Source: Betaproteobacteria bacterium RIFCSPLOWO2_02_FULL_67_26 (GTDB lineage Bacteria; Pseudomonadota; Gammaproteobacteria; Burkholderiales; SG8-41). Taken from it: a stretch of 64,000 nt of DNA. Position numbers and translations under genes: made by a program. The notes under the pieces were generated by a model that saw nothing but the letters and a program-made list of their open reading frames with translations, had not been told where the DNA came from and ran no database searches. Shown piece after piece: positions 27,466-34,776 of this stretch. Each line of letters begins with the position of its first letter. Positions within the stretch are counted from its first letter, which is position 1. The stretch is from contig MERD01000058.1 in the NCBI GenBank assembly GCA_001771935.1, positions 17,440 through 81,439 on the forward strand. Direction: 5' to 3'.

Positions 27466-27912
27466 ATGACGCCGACGTTTCACGATCGTGCCGAAAGCCT
27501 GGTGCAGCGCACCGGCGCGCGGGTCACGCGTCAGCGCATCGAAGTGCTGGCTATCCTGCTGTCCGCGCGCCGCGCGCTCACCCACCATGAAGTCGAAGAC
27601 CGCGCCAATCGCAGCCTGGGCATAGACCGCGTGACCGTCTATCGGGTGCTGGAGTGGCTCACGGCGCACGAGCTGGCCCACAAGATCGCCGGAGAAGACC
27701 GGGTTTGGCGCTTCAACGCGGCGGGCGATGAGGGCGGGCGCAGTCACGCGCACGCCCATTTCAAGTGCAACGATTGCGGCGATGTCATCTGCCTGGACGA
27801 GGTAAGGGCGGCGCGCGACATCCGGCTGCCATCCGGATACCGCTCGCAGGCGGTGGAGCTGACGGTTAAGGGATTGTGCGCCGAATGTGTTCCCGCCCGG
27901 AAACATTCCTGA
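27466..27912 (+). CDS. zur: Fur family transcriptional regulator, probably Zur
   Basis: Winged-helix region RVTRQRIEVLAILL and Cys pairs CNDCGDVIC and CAEC. It is adjacent to zinc-transport genes. Confidence 0.8.
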   Translation: MTPTFHDRAESLVQRTGARVTRQRIEVLAILLSARRALTHHEVEDRANRSLGIDRVTVYRVLEWLTAHELAHKIAGEDRVWRFNAAGDEGGRSHAHAHFKCNDCGDVICLDEVRAARDIRLPSGYRSQAVELTVKGLCAECVPARKHS

Positions 27913-27935
27913 GCGGAATAGTTTTTGCTGTGTAT

Positions 27936-27950
27936 TGCAACTCAGTTGCA
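27936..27950. promoter_or_regulatory. Palindrome TGCAACtcaGTTGCA upstream of the ZIP transporter (candidate Zur operator)
   Basis: A perfect 6-3-6 palindrome lies 24 nt after the zur stop and about 27 nt before the ZIP N-terminal region. Confidence 0.4.
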
Positions 27951-28073
27951 TGAAATCGGCCGTGCTTCACGCGAGGATGCGCCATCGAAACTCTGCTTTG
28001 GATCATCGGATGCACAGCGGCGGGCGGGGCCCTGAGCCTGCTGCTTGCCGCAGCGCTGTCGCTGACCCTGCTG

Positions 28074-28772
28074 ATGCCGTGGGTCGACCGGATGGTGAGC
28101 TACGCGGTCGGCGCGCTGCTCGGCGTCGCTTTCCTGGACTTGCTGCCGGGCGCGCTGATGCAGGTCCGCTACCTGCAGCTCAAGTCAGGGACGGTATTGC
28201 AGGGCGGCGATGCCAAGGCGCTGTTTGCGGTGATGCTCGCGGGCGTTCTGGCCTTCTTTCTCCTGGAAAAGGCCGCGCTGTGGCGCCACTTCCACGAGCA
28301 CGGAACGCATTCCGGCGTGAAGCCCAGCGGCATGCTGATCATCGTCGGCGACGGGTTTCACAACTTCGTGGATGGGGTCGCCATAGCGGCGGCGTTCCTG
28401 GTGGACGTCAGGCTGGGAATCGGCACGACGCTGGCGATCATTGCCCACGAAATACCCCAGGAACTGGGCGATTTCATGATCCTGATCGACGCGGGATACA
28501 CCAGGGGCAGGGCGCTGTTGTACAACCTGCTTTCCAGCCTGACCTCGATCGGGGGTGGCATCGCGGGCTACTTCGTTCTGGGGCACGTGCAGGCCGCCTT
28601 GCCGTACGTGCTGGTGATTTCGGCCGCGAGCTTCATCTACATCGCGATCGCGGACTTGATGCCGGACCTGCACCGCACCAACGACAGTCGCGGCAAGGCG
28701 TGGCAGGTCGCGTTGATTGCAGCGGGAGTTGCGACGGTCACCGCGTCGCACCTTCTGCCCCTGCCGCATTGA
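28074..28772 (+). CDS. ZIP family zinc transporter (ZupT-like); the true N-terminus is probably upstream (see finding)
   Basis: ZIP signatures GDGFHNFVDG and HEIPQELGDF. The frame stays open upstream to 27954 and encodes a further TM helix, but with no ATG, GTG or TTG. Confidence 0.8.
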   Translation: MPWVDRMVSYAVGALLGVAFLDLLPGALMQVRYLQLKSGTVLQGGDAKALFAVMLAGVLAFFLLEKAALWRHFHEHGTHSGVKPSGMLIIVGDGFHNFVDGVAIAAAFLVDVRLGIGTTLAIIAHEIPQELGDFMILIDAGYTRGRALLYNLLSSLTSIGGGIAGYFVLGHVQAALPYVLVISAASFIYIAIADLMPDLHRTNDSRGKAWQVALIAAGVATVTASHLLPLPH

Positions 28773-28848
28773 CGGCGCGGGCGGCGGGTATCGGGAACCA
28801 GTAGAATGCACGGCGCTCCAAAGGGCGGCGCCACGCAACGGGGGACGC

Positions 28849-29487
28849 ATGTTCGCATTGCGCAATCTCAGGCACGCATACGACGGCAAGGATGTGCTGC
28901 GAGTGGACGCGTGGCAGGCCGGCCAGGGGGAGCACTGGCTCGTGCTCGGGCCCTCGGGCAGCGGCAAGACGACGCTGCTGCACGTGCTCGCCGCTATCCT
29001 GCGCCCGACTGGCGGCGGCGTGAACGTGGCGGACCAGGATCTCGCCGCGCTGAAACCCGCCGAGCTCGACCGCTTCCGCGGCCGGCACATCGGCATCGTG
29101 CTGCAACGCCTGCATCTCGTGCCGAGCCTGACGGTCATGAATAACCTGTTGCTGGCGCAGTATCTCGCCGGCCTGGCGCAGGACGGTGCGCGGGTGCGCG
29201 AGGTGCTCGCGAGCCTCGATGCCGCCGACAAGGCGGGCGCCTATCCGCACGAGCTTTCCTTCGGCCAGGCGCAGCGCGTCGCGGTTGCGCGCGCGGTGGT
29301 CAACCGGCCCAAACTGCTGCTTGCCGACGAACCGACTTCCAACCTCGACGACGCACGCTGCGCGCAGGCCTACGGGCTGCTCGAATCGCAGGCGCGCGCC
29401 TGCGGTGCGACCCTGGTAATCGCTACTCATGACCAGCGCATCAAGGCGCGCATGTCCCACCACTACGAGCTGAAGGCGCAGCCATGA
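28849..29487 (+). CDS. ABC transporter ATP-binding protein
   Basis: ATG at 28849. Walker A is GPSGSGKTT, the signature motif is LSFGQAQRV, and Walker B is LLLADEPTSNLD. Confidence 0.9.
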   Translation: MFALRNLRHAYDGKDVLRVDAWQAGQGEHWLVLGPSGSGKTTLLHVLAAILRPTGGGVNVADQDLAALKPAELDRFRGRHIGIVLQRLHLVPSLTVMNNLLLAQYLAGLAQDGARVREVLASLDAADKAGAYPHELSFGQAQRVAVARAVVNRPKLLLADEPTSNLDDARCAQAYGLLESQARACGATLVIATHDQRIKARMSHHYELKAQP

Positions 29488-30707
29488 ACCTCGCGACAGT
29501 CAGCCTGGCCTACCTGCGCGCGCGGGCGCTCAGCACCACGCTCAACGTGCTGCTGCTCGCGCTGGGCATCGCGACGATCACGCTGCTGCTGCTCGCGACT
29601 TCCCAGCTCGAGGAACGCATGCAGCGCGACGCGCGCGGCATAGACCTCGTGGTCGGCGCCAAGGGCAGCCCGATGCAGATCATCCTTTCCAGCATCTACC
29701 AGCTCGACGTGCCCACCGGGAACGTGTCGTGGAAGCAGGCGCAGGAGCTGGCGCGCCACCGCATGGTGAAGAAAGTGATTCCGCTCGCGCTCGCCGACAA
29801 CTACCGCGGGTACCGCATCGTCGGTACCAACCATGACTACGTGGCTCACTACAACGCGCGCCTCGCCCAGGGACGCCTGTGGCAGGCGCCGCTGGAAGCC
29901 GTGCTCGGCGCCGAGATCGCCGCGCGGACGGGTCTGGCAATGGGCGCCACCTTCATGGGAGCGCACGGCATGGGCGCGGGGGAAGGCGAGGGCGACGTCA
30001 TGCATGAGACCCACTCCTACCACGTCGTGGGCGTGCTCGCGCCCACCGGCTCGGTGGTGGACCGGATCGTACTCACCGGCGTGGCGAGCGTGTGGGCGGT
30101 GCACGCGGACCAGTACGACATCAAGGACGTGGCGCGCGTGGCGGAATTGATGCCGGACGACGAGAAGGAGCTGACTGCACTGCTCGTCCAGTACGCTTCG
30201 CCGCTCGCCGCCGCGATGCTGCCGCGCTACATCAACCAGAACAGCGCGATGCAGGCGGCCTCGCCGGCCTACGAAACGGCGCGGCTGTTCTCCATCATCG
30301 GGGTGGGCGTGGACGTGCTGCGCGGCTTCGCGCTGGTGCTGGTCATTGCCGCGGGCCTCTCCGTCTTCATCGCGCTTTACAACGCGCTGCTCGAGCGCCG
30401 TTACGATCTTGCCGTCATGCGCACGCTGGGCGCGAGCCCCGGCAAGCTGATGGCGCTGATGCTGTTCGAGGGCGCGCTGCTGGCGGGCATCGGCGCGACG
30501 CTGGGGATTACGCTGGGACACGTGCTGACCGAATTGCTGGGCTTTGCGTTCAAGGCGGCGAAACAGGTCGCCGTGACCGGCTGGGTGTGGATGAACGCCG
30601 AGTTATGGCTGGTCGTTCTCGCGCTCGGCGTCGGCGTCGTGGCGGCGTTGTTGCCCGCATGGCGCGCGTACCGCACCGACATCGCGGGCACGCTGGCGCG
30701 CGGCTGA
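29484..30707 (+). CDS. ABC transporter permease, FtsX/MacB-like
   Basis: ATGA overlap with the ATPase gene. It has an N-terminal TM, a large extracytoplasmic domain, and a C-terminal FtsX-type 3-TM bundle. Confidence 0.85.
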   Translation: MNLATVSLAYLRARALSTTLNVLLLALGIATITLLLLATSQLEERMQRDARGIDLVVGAKGSPMQIILSSIYQLDVPTGNVSWKQAQELARHRMVKKVIPLALADNYRGYRIVGTNHDYVAHYNARLAQGRLWQAPLEAVLGAEIAARTGLAMGATFMGAHGMGAGEGEGDVMHETHSYHVVGVLAPTGSVVDRIVLTGVASVWAVHADQYDIKDVARVAELMPDDEKELTALLVQYASPLAAAMLPRYINQNSAMQAASPAYETARLFSIIGVGVDVLRGFALVLVIAAGLSVFIALYNALLERRYDLAVMRTLGASPGKLMALMLFEGALLAGIGATLGITLGHVLTELLGFAFKAAKQVAVTGWVWMNAELWLVVLALGVGVVAALLPAWRAYRTDIAGTLARG

Positions 30708-30712
30708 ACTGC

Positions 30713-30747
30713 GGTGAACGGTGAACGGTGAATGGTGAATGGTGAAT
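30713..30747 (+). repeat. Five tandem heptamers (GGTGAAC x2, GGTGAAT x3)
   Basis: TGA occurs at 30715, 30722, 30729, 30736 and 30743, directly after the permease stop TGA at 30705 and before AAGGAGG and ATG 30763. Confidence 0.85.
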
Positions 30748-30762
30748 TGAAGGAGGAGAATC

Positions 30763-31026
30763 ATGAGTAAGCTTGCTGCTTTGATCGCACTCGGATTCGC
30801 GCTTGCTGTGCCCGGCGGCGCGATGGCAGCGGAAAAGGGCAAGAAGGATGATTCGGCGCACGTGAAAAAGGACATCGCCGATCACCGCGCGATGGCGGAA
30901 GCCCACCTCAACGCGGCCAAGTGCCTGGAATCCGGAAAGCCGGAGAAGGAGTGCGAGGCTCAATTGCGCAAGGATTGCAAGGGGTTGGCCATCGGCAAGT
31001 ACTGCGGCATGAAGCACCGGGACTGA
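30763..31026 (+). CDS. Small secreted Cys-rich protein of unknown function
   Basis: A strong AAGGAGG RBS precedes it. The signal peptide ends GGAMA-AE. The mature ~65-aa protein is Lys/Glu-rich with a C-X9-C-X7-C-X8-C pattern and several His residues. Confidence 0.6.
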   Translation: MSKLAALIALGFALAVPGGAMAAEKGKKDDSAHVKKDIADHRAMAEAHLNAAKCLESGKPEKECEAQLRKDCKGLAIGKYCGMKHRD

Positions 31027-31121
31027 CGCGGGCGCTGGTGCGGGAGTCGGGAACCTGGAGTAATATCAGCGTCCTAACGTTGATGTGCGGGGTCGTTCCG
31101 CTACATGACATGGAGATTGTG

Positions 31122-31631
31122 ATGAGATTATTGGCCTGCTTTATCGCGTTGCTGCTGGGCTTCCAGGGTACAGGCTGGGCGCAGCAGAAAGGCATCCCCG
31201 GCAAGGATGTTCCCCCCATGTCGATGGAGCAGCAAATGCCGTCCACGATCTGGTTCTCCAAGCCCTTGCCCGAGCTGAAGGGCGTCGTCTCGTGGAAGAC
31301 GCTGTCCGAGGTGACGCCGGTCAAGCAGAAGGACCGGTACGTGCCGCAGTACTCCAAGGGCATCGCCGCGCTGGACCAGAAGGAAGTGAAGCTGCAGGGC
31401 TTCATGATGCCGCTCGACATGGGCGACAAGCAAAAGCGCTTCCTGCTCGTCGCCATGCCGCCCACGTGCGCCTACTGCCTCCCGGGCGGTCCCGACCAGC
31501 TGGTCGAAGTGCAGGCGAAAACCCCGGTCAAGTACGGCTTCGAGCCCGTCGTCGTCAGCGGCAAGTTTGCCGTGCTGAAAGACGACCCGATGGGGCTCTA
31601 TTATCGACTGACCGACGCGGTCGCCCAGTAG
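31122..31631 (+). CDS. DUF3299 domain protein (periplasmic)
   Basis: ATG 31122 follows GGAG. The signal peptide is LLACFIALLLGFQGTGWA. GFMMPLD and PPTCAYCLPGGP are typical of DUF3299 proteins found next to FtsX-type ABC systems; this family assignment is from memory. Confidence 0.7.
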   Translation: MRLLACFIALLLGFQGTGWAQQKGIPGKDVPPMSMEQQMPSTIWFSKPLPELKGVVSWKTLSEVTPVKQKDRYVPQYSKGIAALDQKEVKLQGFMMPLDMGDKQKRFLLVAMPPTCAYCLPGGPDQLVEVQAKTPVKYGFEPVVVSGKFAVLKDDPMGLYYRLTDAVAQ

Positions 31632-31798
31632 CCGCGTTACTCCACACTGACGCACGCCCAACCGACGGCGACTCGCGAGCTTCCGCGCTTCGCCGTCACG
31701 CCCGTCGCTCAACGAACGGACGCTCAATCAGTTCCCGATTCTCGCTGACATCGCGCCGCTCGGCCGGCGCGCGCCCACCGACCGGCGGCGTTTGATGG

Positions 31799-32593
31799 AT
31801 GGGCCGCGCATGGCCGATAATCGGGCTCCCCCATGGCCACGCCAGCATGCTGAACGAACTCGCTCACCTGCCGGCCGACGCCGAGCGGCGACGCACGCGG
31901 TGGTCACTCGTCGTCGCCTTCGTCGTGAGCATTGCGCTGCACGCGGCGTTGCTCGGCCTCGCGCCGGGCTTCGTCGAGGAACGGCAGCCGGCCGTGAGGC
32001 TGGGCGCGCTCGAAGTCATCTTGCGGGTGCCCGCCGAGCCGCTGCCGGTTGCGGTGCCGGAACCCGCTCCGCAGCCGGTACCAGCCGAGCCCGCGCCGCA
32101 ACCCGTGCAGCCGGCGCCGGCGCAACCGGAGATGGCGGCCACGGCCGCGCAGGCGAAATCGCGCCCGGGTCCCGGCATCGCGTTGCCGGTTCCGTCCGAT
32201 TCCCAGAGCGACCCGGACCGCTCGTTCGTGATCGCGCCCGCGCGCTCGTCGGACCCGCTGCCCACGGTGCCGGAGCAGAAGGCGCCGGCGGCCGAGGCGC
32301 AGATTACGCCGGCCAGTTTCAGCGCGGCGTACCTGAACAACCCCGCGCCACGCTACCCCGACGCGGCCCGCCGCCTGGGACAGGAGGGAACCGTCACGCT
32401 GCGCGTGCTGGTGACGGTGGACGGCATGCCGGCGCGCGTGGACATGGAGCAGTCGAGCGGCTCGCCCCATCTCGACGGCGCGGCGCTGGAACGGGTCAGG
32501 AACTGGCGCTTCAAGCCGGCATGGCAGGGGTCCGTGCCGGTGGAATCCTGGGTCATCGTGCCGATCGTGTTCCGGCTGGAAGGCGCCTCTTAG
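31799..32593 (+). CDS. tonB: TonB family energy transducer
   Basis: N-terminal TM VVAFVVSIALHAALLG, Pro-rich spacer EPAPQPVPAEPAPQPVQPAP, and C-terminal TonB domain YPDAARRLGQEGTVTLRVLV. The start is uncertain (31799 or 31847). Confidence 0.8.
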   Translation: MGRAWPIIGLPHGHASMLNELAHLPADAERRRTRWSLVVAFVVSIALHAALLGLAPGFVEERQPAVRLGALEVILRVPAEPLPVAVPEPAPQPVPAEPAPQPVQPAPAQPEMAATAAQAKSRPGPGIALPVPSDSQSDPDRSFVIAPARSSDPLPTVPEQKAPAAEAQITPASFSAAYLNNPAPRYPDAARRLGQEGTVTLRVLVTVDGMPARVDMEQSSGSPHLDGAALERVRNWRFKPAWQGSVPVESWVIVPIVFRLEGAS

Positions 32594-32599
32594 TTTCCG

Positions 32600-33661
32600 T
32601 CACCGCGTCAAGACGAAGGGCCTGACGCCCAGCGCCTGGCTGATCCGGTCCGCGGCCTGCCGGGCTTCGGCCTGGTTCCCGTACGGCCCGGCATGGATGC
32701 GGAACAGGCCATCGCGCGGGACGATATCGAGCGCGAGCCAATCGGCCTGCGCCTTGAGGCGCGCGAGGAAGCTCTCGGCGTTCTCGCGCGAGCCGAAGGC
32801 GCCGAGCTGCAGGTAGACCCCGCTCGCGTCGGCGGTCACCGGAACCTGAACCTCGGCCGCCGGTGGCGCCGGCACGGCCACGGGCGGCGGCGCGACCGGA
32901 GCGGGATCGTCGCGCTGCACCGCCACTGGCGCGGACGCCGCCGGTGGCGTGGCGGCGACGGCGGGCGCGGCGGCCCCGGGGATGATGGTCTCCACCTCCA
33001 CCATCGCACTGCCGCCCGCGAGCACGCCGATGCGGTGCGCGGCGGTGTACGACAGGTCGATCAGGCGGCCGTCGACGAACGGCCCGCGGTCATTGACCCG
33101 CACGATCACCGATTTTCCGTTGGCGAGATGGGTCACGCGCGCGTAGCTCGGTATCGGGAGCGTCGTGTGCGCGGCGGTCATGGCGTACATGTCGTAGATC
33201 TCGCCCGAGGAGGTCTGCTTGCCGTGATAGCGCCGGCCGTACCAGGTCGCGACGCCGCGCGCCTTGTACGGCTCGACCGTCGTCATCGGCGTATAGCCGC
33301 GGCCCATGACGACGTAAGGCCGGCTGGTGGCGCTGCGCACCGGCTCGACGCGCGGCACCGCGTCCGGGATACGATCGAGATCGGCCGGCGGATTCGCTCC
33401 CGGGCCGTCGTCGAGGTAGTAGCCGCCGGATCGCGGCGGCGAGGGGGTTGTCGATACTGACGGCTCACGTTTGGAGATCGATCCGCAACCTGTGATGATG
33501 GTGGCCACAAGGATCGCCGCCGCGAGAGGGATGAGGGATGAGGGGCGAGCCGGGAATTCGATGAACGTGCCTGCGCACGTTCGAGCCGGCGAGCGCCCGC
33601 CGCGATGCAGCGCGGCGGGCCGGGGTCGGAGACCAGGGATGACCCGCCGTATTGTCTTCAT
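32600..33661 (-). CDS. rlpA: Septal ring lytic transglycosylase RlpA (DPBB domain plus C-terminal SPOR domain)
   Basis: Lipobox IITGC, DPBB motifs GVATWYG, HGKQTSSGE and VRVNDRGPF, and a C-terminal SPOR-like region. The ATG at 33661 overlaps the rodA stop (ATGA). The longer ORF-track N-terminus overlaps rodA and is spurious. Confidence 0.8.
   Translation of the reverse strand: MKTIRRVIPGLRPRPAALHRGGRSPARTCAGTFIEFPARPSSLIPLAAAILVATIITGCGSISKREPSVSTTPSPPRSGGYYLDDGPGANPPADLDRIPDAVPRVEPVRSATSRPYVVMGRGYTPMTTVEPYKARGVATWYGRRYHGKQTSSGEIYDMYAMTAAHTTLPIPSYARVTHLANGKSVIVRVNDRGPFVDGRLIDLSYTAAHRIGVLAGGSAMVEVETIIPGAAAPAVAATPPAASAPVAVQRDDPAPVAPPPVAVPAPPAAEVQVPVTADASGVYLQLGAFGSRENAESFLARLKAQADWLALDIVPRDGLFRIHAGPYGNQAEARQAADRISQALGVRPFVLTR
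33525..33552 (+). repeat. GAGGGAT heptamer repeat (GAGGGAT GAGGGAT GAGGGGC GAGCCGG) lying antisense inside the rlpA 5' region
   Basis: The unit is the same as at 22155..22187. In the rlpA reading direction it reads CCTCATC and contains no stop. Confidence 0.6.
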
Positions 33662-34776
33662 GTCTGGACCAGCTTCTTGTGCGTGGCGATGCTCATCAGG
33701 ATGCCGAAGCCGAGGCAGATCGAGACCAGCGCCGTGCCGCCGTAGCTGATCAGGGGCAGCGGTATGCCCACCACGGGCAGGATGCCGCTCACCATGCCCA
33801 TGTTGACAAAAACGTAGATGAAGAAAGTGAGCGTGACGGCGCCCGCGAGGAGCCGCGTGAACAGCGTCGGCGCATTGGCCGTGATCAGCGCCCCGCGCCC
33901 GATCACCAGCAGCAGCACCGCGAGCAGCGCGACGTTGCCGATCAAGCCGAATTCCTCGGAATACACCGCGAAGATGAAGTCGGTGGTGCGCTCGGGAATG
34001 AAATCGAGATGGGTCTGGGTGCCGTTCAGCCATCCCTTGCCGAACAGCCCGCCGGAGCCAACGGCGATGGTGGACTGGATGGTGTGGTAGCCGGAGCCGA
34101 GGGGATCCTGGGTGGGGTCGATCAGGGTCAGGATGCGCTGGCGCTGGTAATCGTGCAGCGCCGACCACACCAGCGGCAGGCTCGCGGCGCCGGCGACCGC
34201 GAGGCCGGTGATGATGCGCCAGGAGAGCCCCGCCAGGAACAGCACGAAGAAGCCGGAAGCCGCGATCAGCAGCGCGGTGCCGAGATCGGGCTGGCGCGCG
34301 ATGAGGTAAACCGGGACCGCCAGCATCACCGTCGCCACCGCGAAGTTCCGCAGCCTCAGCGCGGCCTCGTAGCGGTCGAAGTACCAGGCGAGGGCGAGCG
34401 GCACCGCGATCTTCATCAGCTCCGAGGGCTGGATGCGCGTCACCCCCAGGTCGAGCCAGCGCCGCGCGCCGTGCACGACGTCGCCGAACAGCGCCACGCA
34501 CACGAGCAGGGTCACGCCGAGCGCGTACAACGGCAGCGCGAGCCGCGCCAGGTAGTGCGGCGGGATATTGGCGAATGCCCACATCACCCCGAGCGCAACC
34601 AGCATGTTCGCGAACTGGGCCGAGACGCGCGCCACGCTCGCGTTCGATGCGCTGAACAGCACCGCCAGGCCCAGCGCCATGAGGGCGAGCACCAGGGCGA
34701 GCAGCAGCCCATCCACGTGGCGCGTCAGGAAGTACTCGGCGCGACGGATCAGCGGGTTAGCCGTCATCGTCATCAT
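33658..34776 (-). CDS. rodA: Peptidoglycan glycosyltransferase RodA (SEDS family)
   Basis: A multi-TM SEDS protein (LDLGVTRIQPSELMK, GSGGLFGKGW). The start is one of three ATGs at 34767..34776 and overlaps the end of mrdA. Confidence 0.9.
   Translation of the reverse strand: MMTMTANPLIRRAEYFLTRHVDGLLLALVLALMALGLAVLFSASNASVARVSAQFANMLVALGVMWAFANIPPHYLARLALPLYALGVTLLVCVALFGDVVHGARRWLDLGVTRIQPSELMKIAVPLALAWYFDRYEAALRLRNFAVATVMLAVPVYLIARQPDLGTALLIAASGFFVLFLAGLSWRIITGLAVAGAASLPLVWSALHDYQRQRILTLIDPTQDPLGSGYHTIQSTIAVGSGGLFGKGWLNGTQTHLDFIPERTTDFIFAVYSEEFGLIGNVALLAVLLLVIGRGALITANAPTLFTRLLAGAVTLTFFIYVFVNMGMVSGILPVVGIPLPLISYGGTALVSICLGFGILMSIATHKKLVQT

Noticed and set aside
27887-28804. A 305-aa ORF in a second frame covers the ZIP transporter region.
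   Set aside because: It has no motifs and an Arg/Gly-rich composition. The ZIP frame carries the HNFVDG and HEIPQELGDF signatures. Its ATG region is relevant only to the possible frameshift reported separately.
30713-30747. I considered whether the heptamer arrays, here and at 21607, 22134 and 20584, might be a CRISPR-like array.
   Set aside because: The units are 7 nt with no spacers, the arrays are under 80 nt, and there are no cas genes. They are simple tandem repeats.
33662-34582. The N-terminal 300 aa of ORF 32600..34582, which would extend rlpA across rodA.
   Set aside because: It overlaps rodA in another frame and is Arg/Pro/Ala-rich with no domain. The lipoprotein signal and the ATGA-coupled ATG at 33661 define the real gene.
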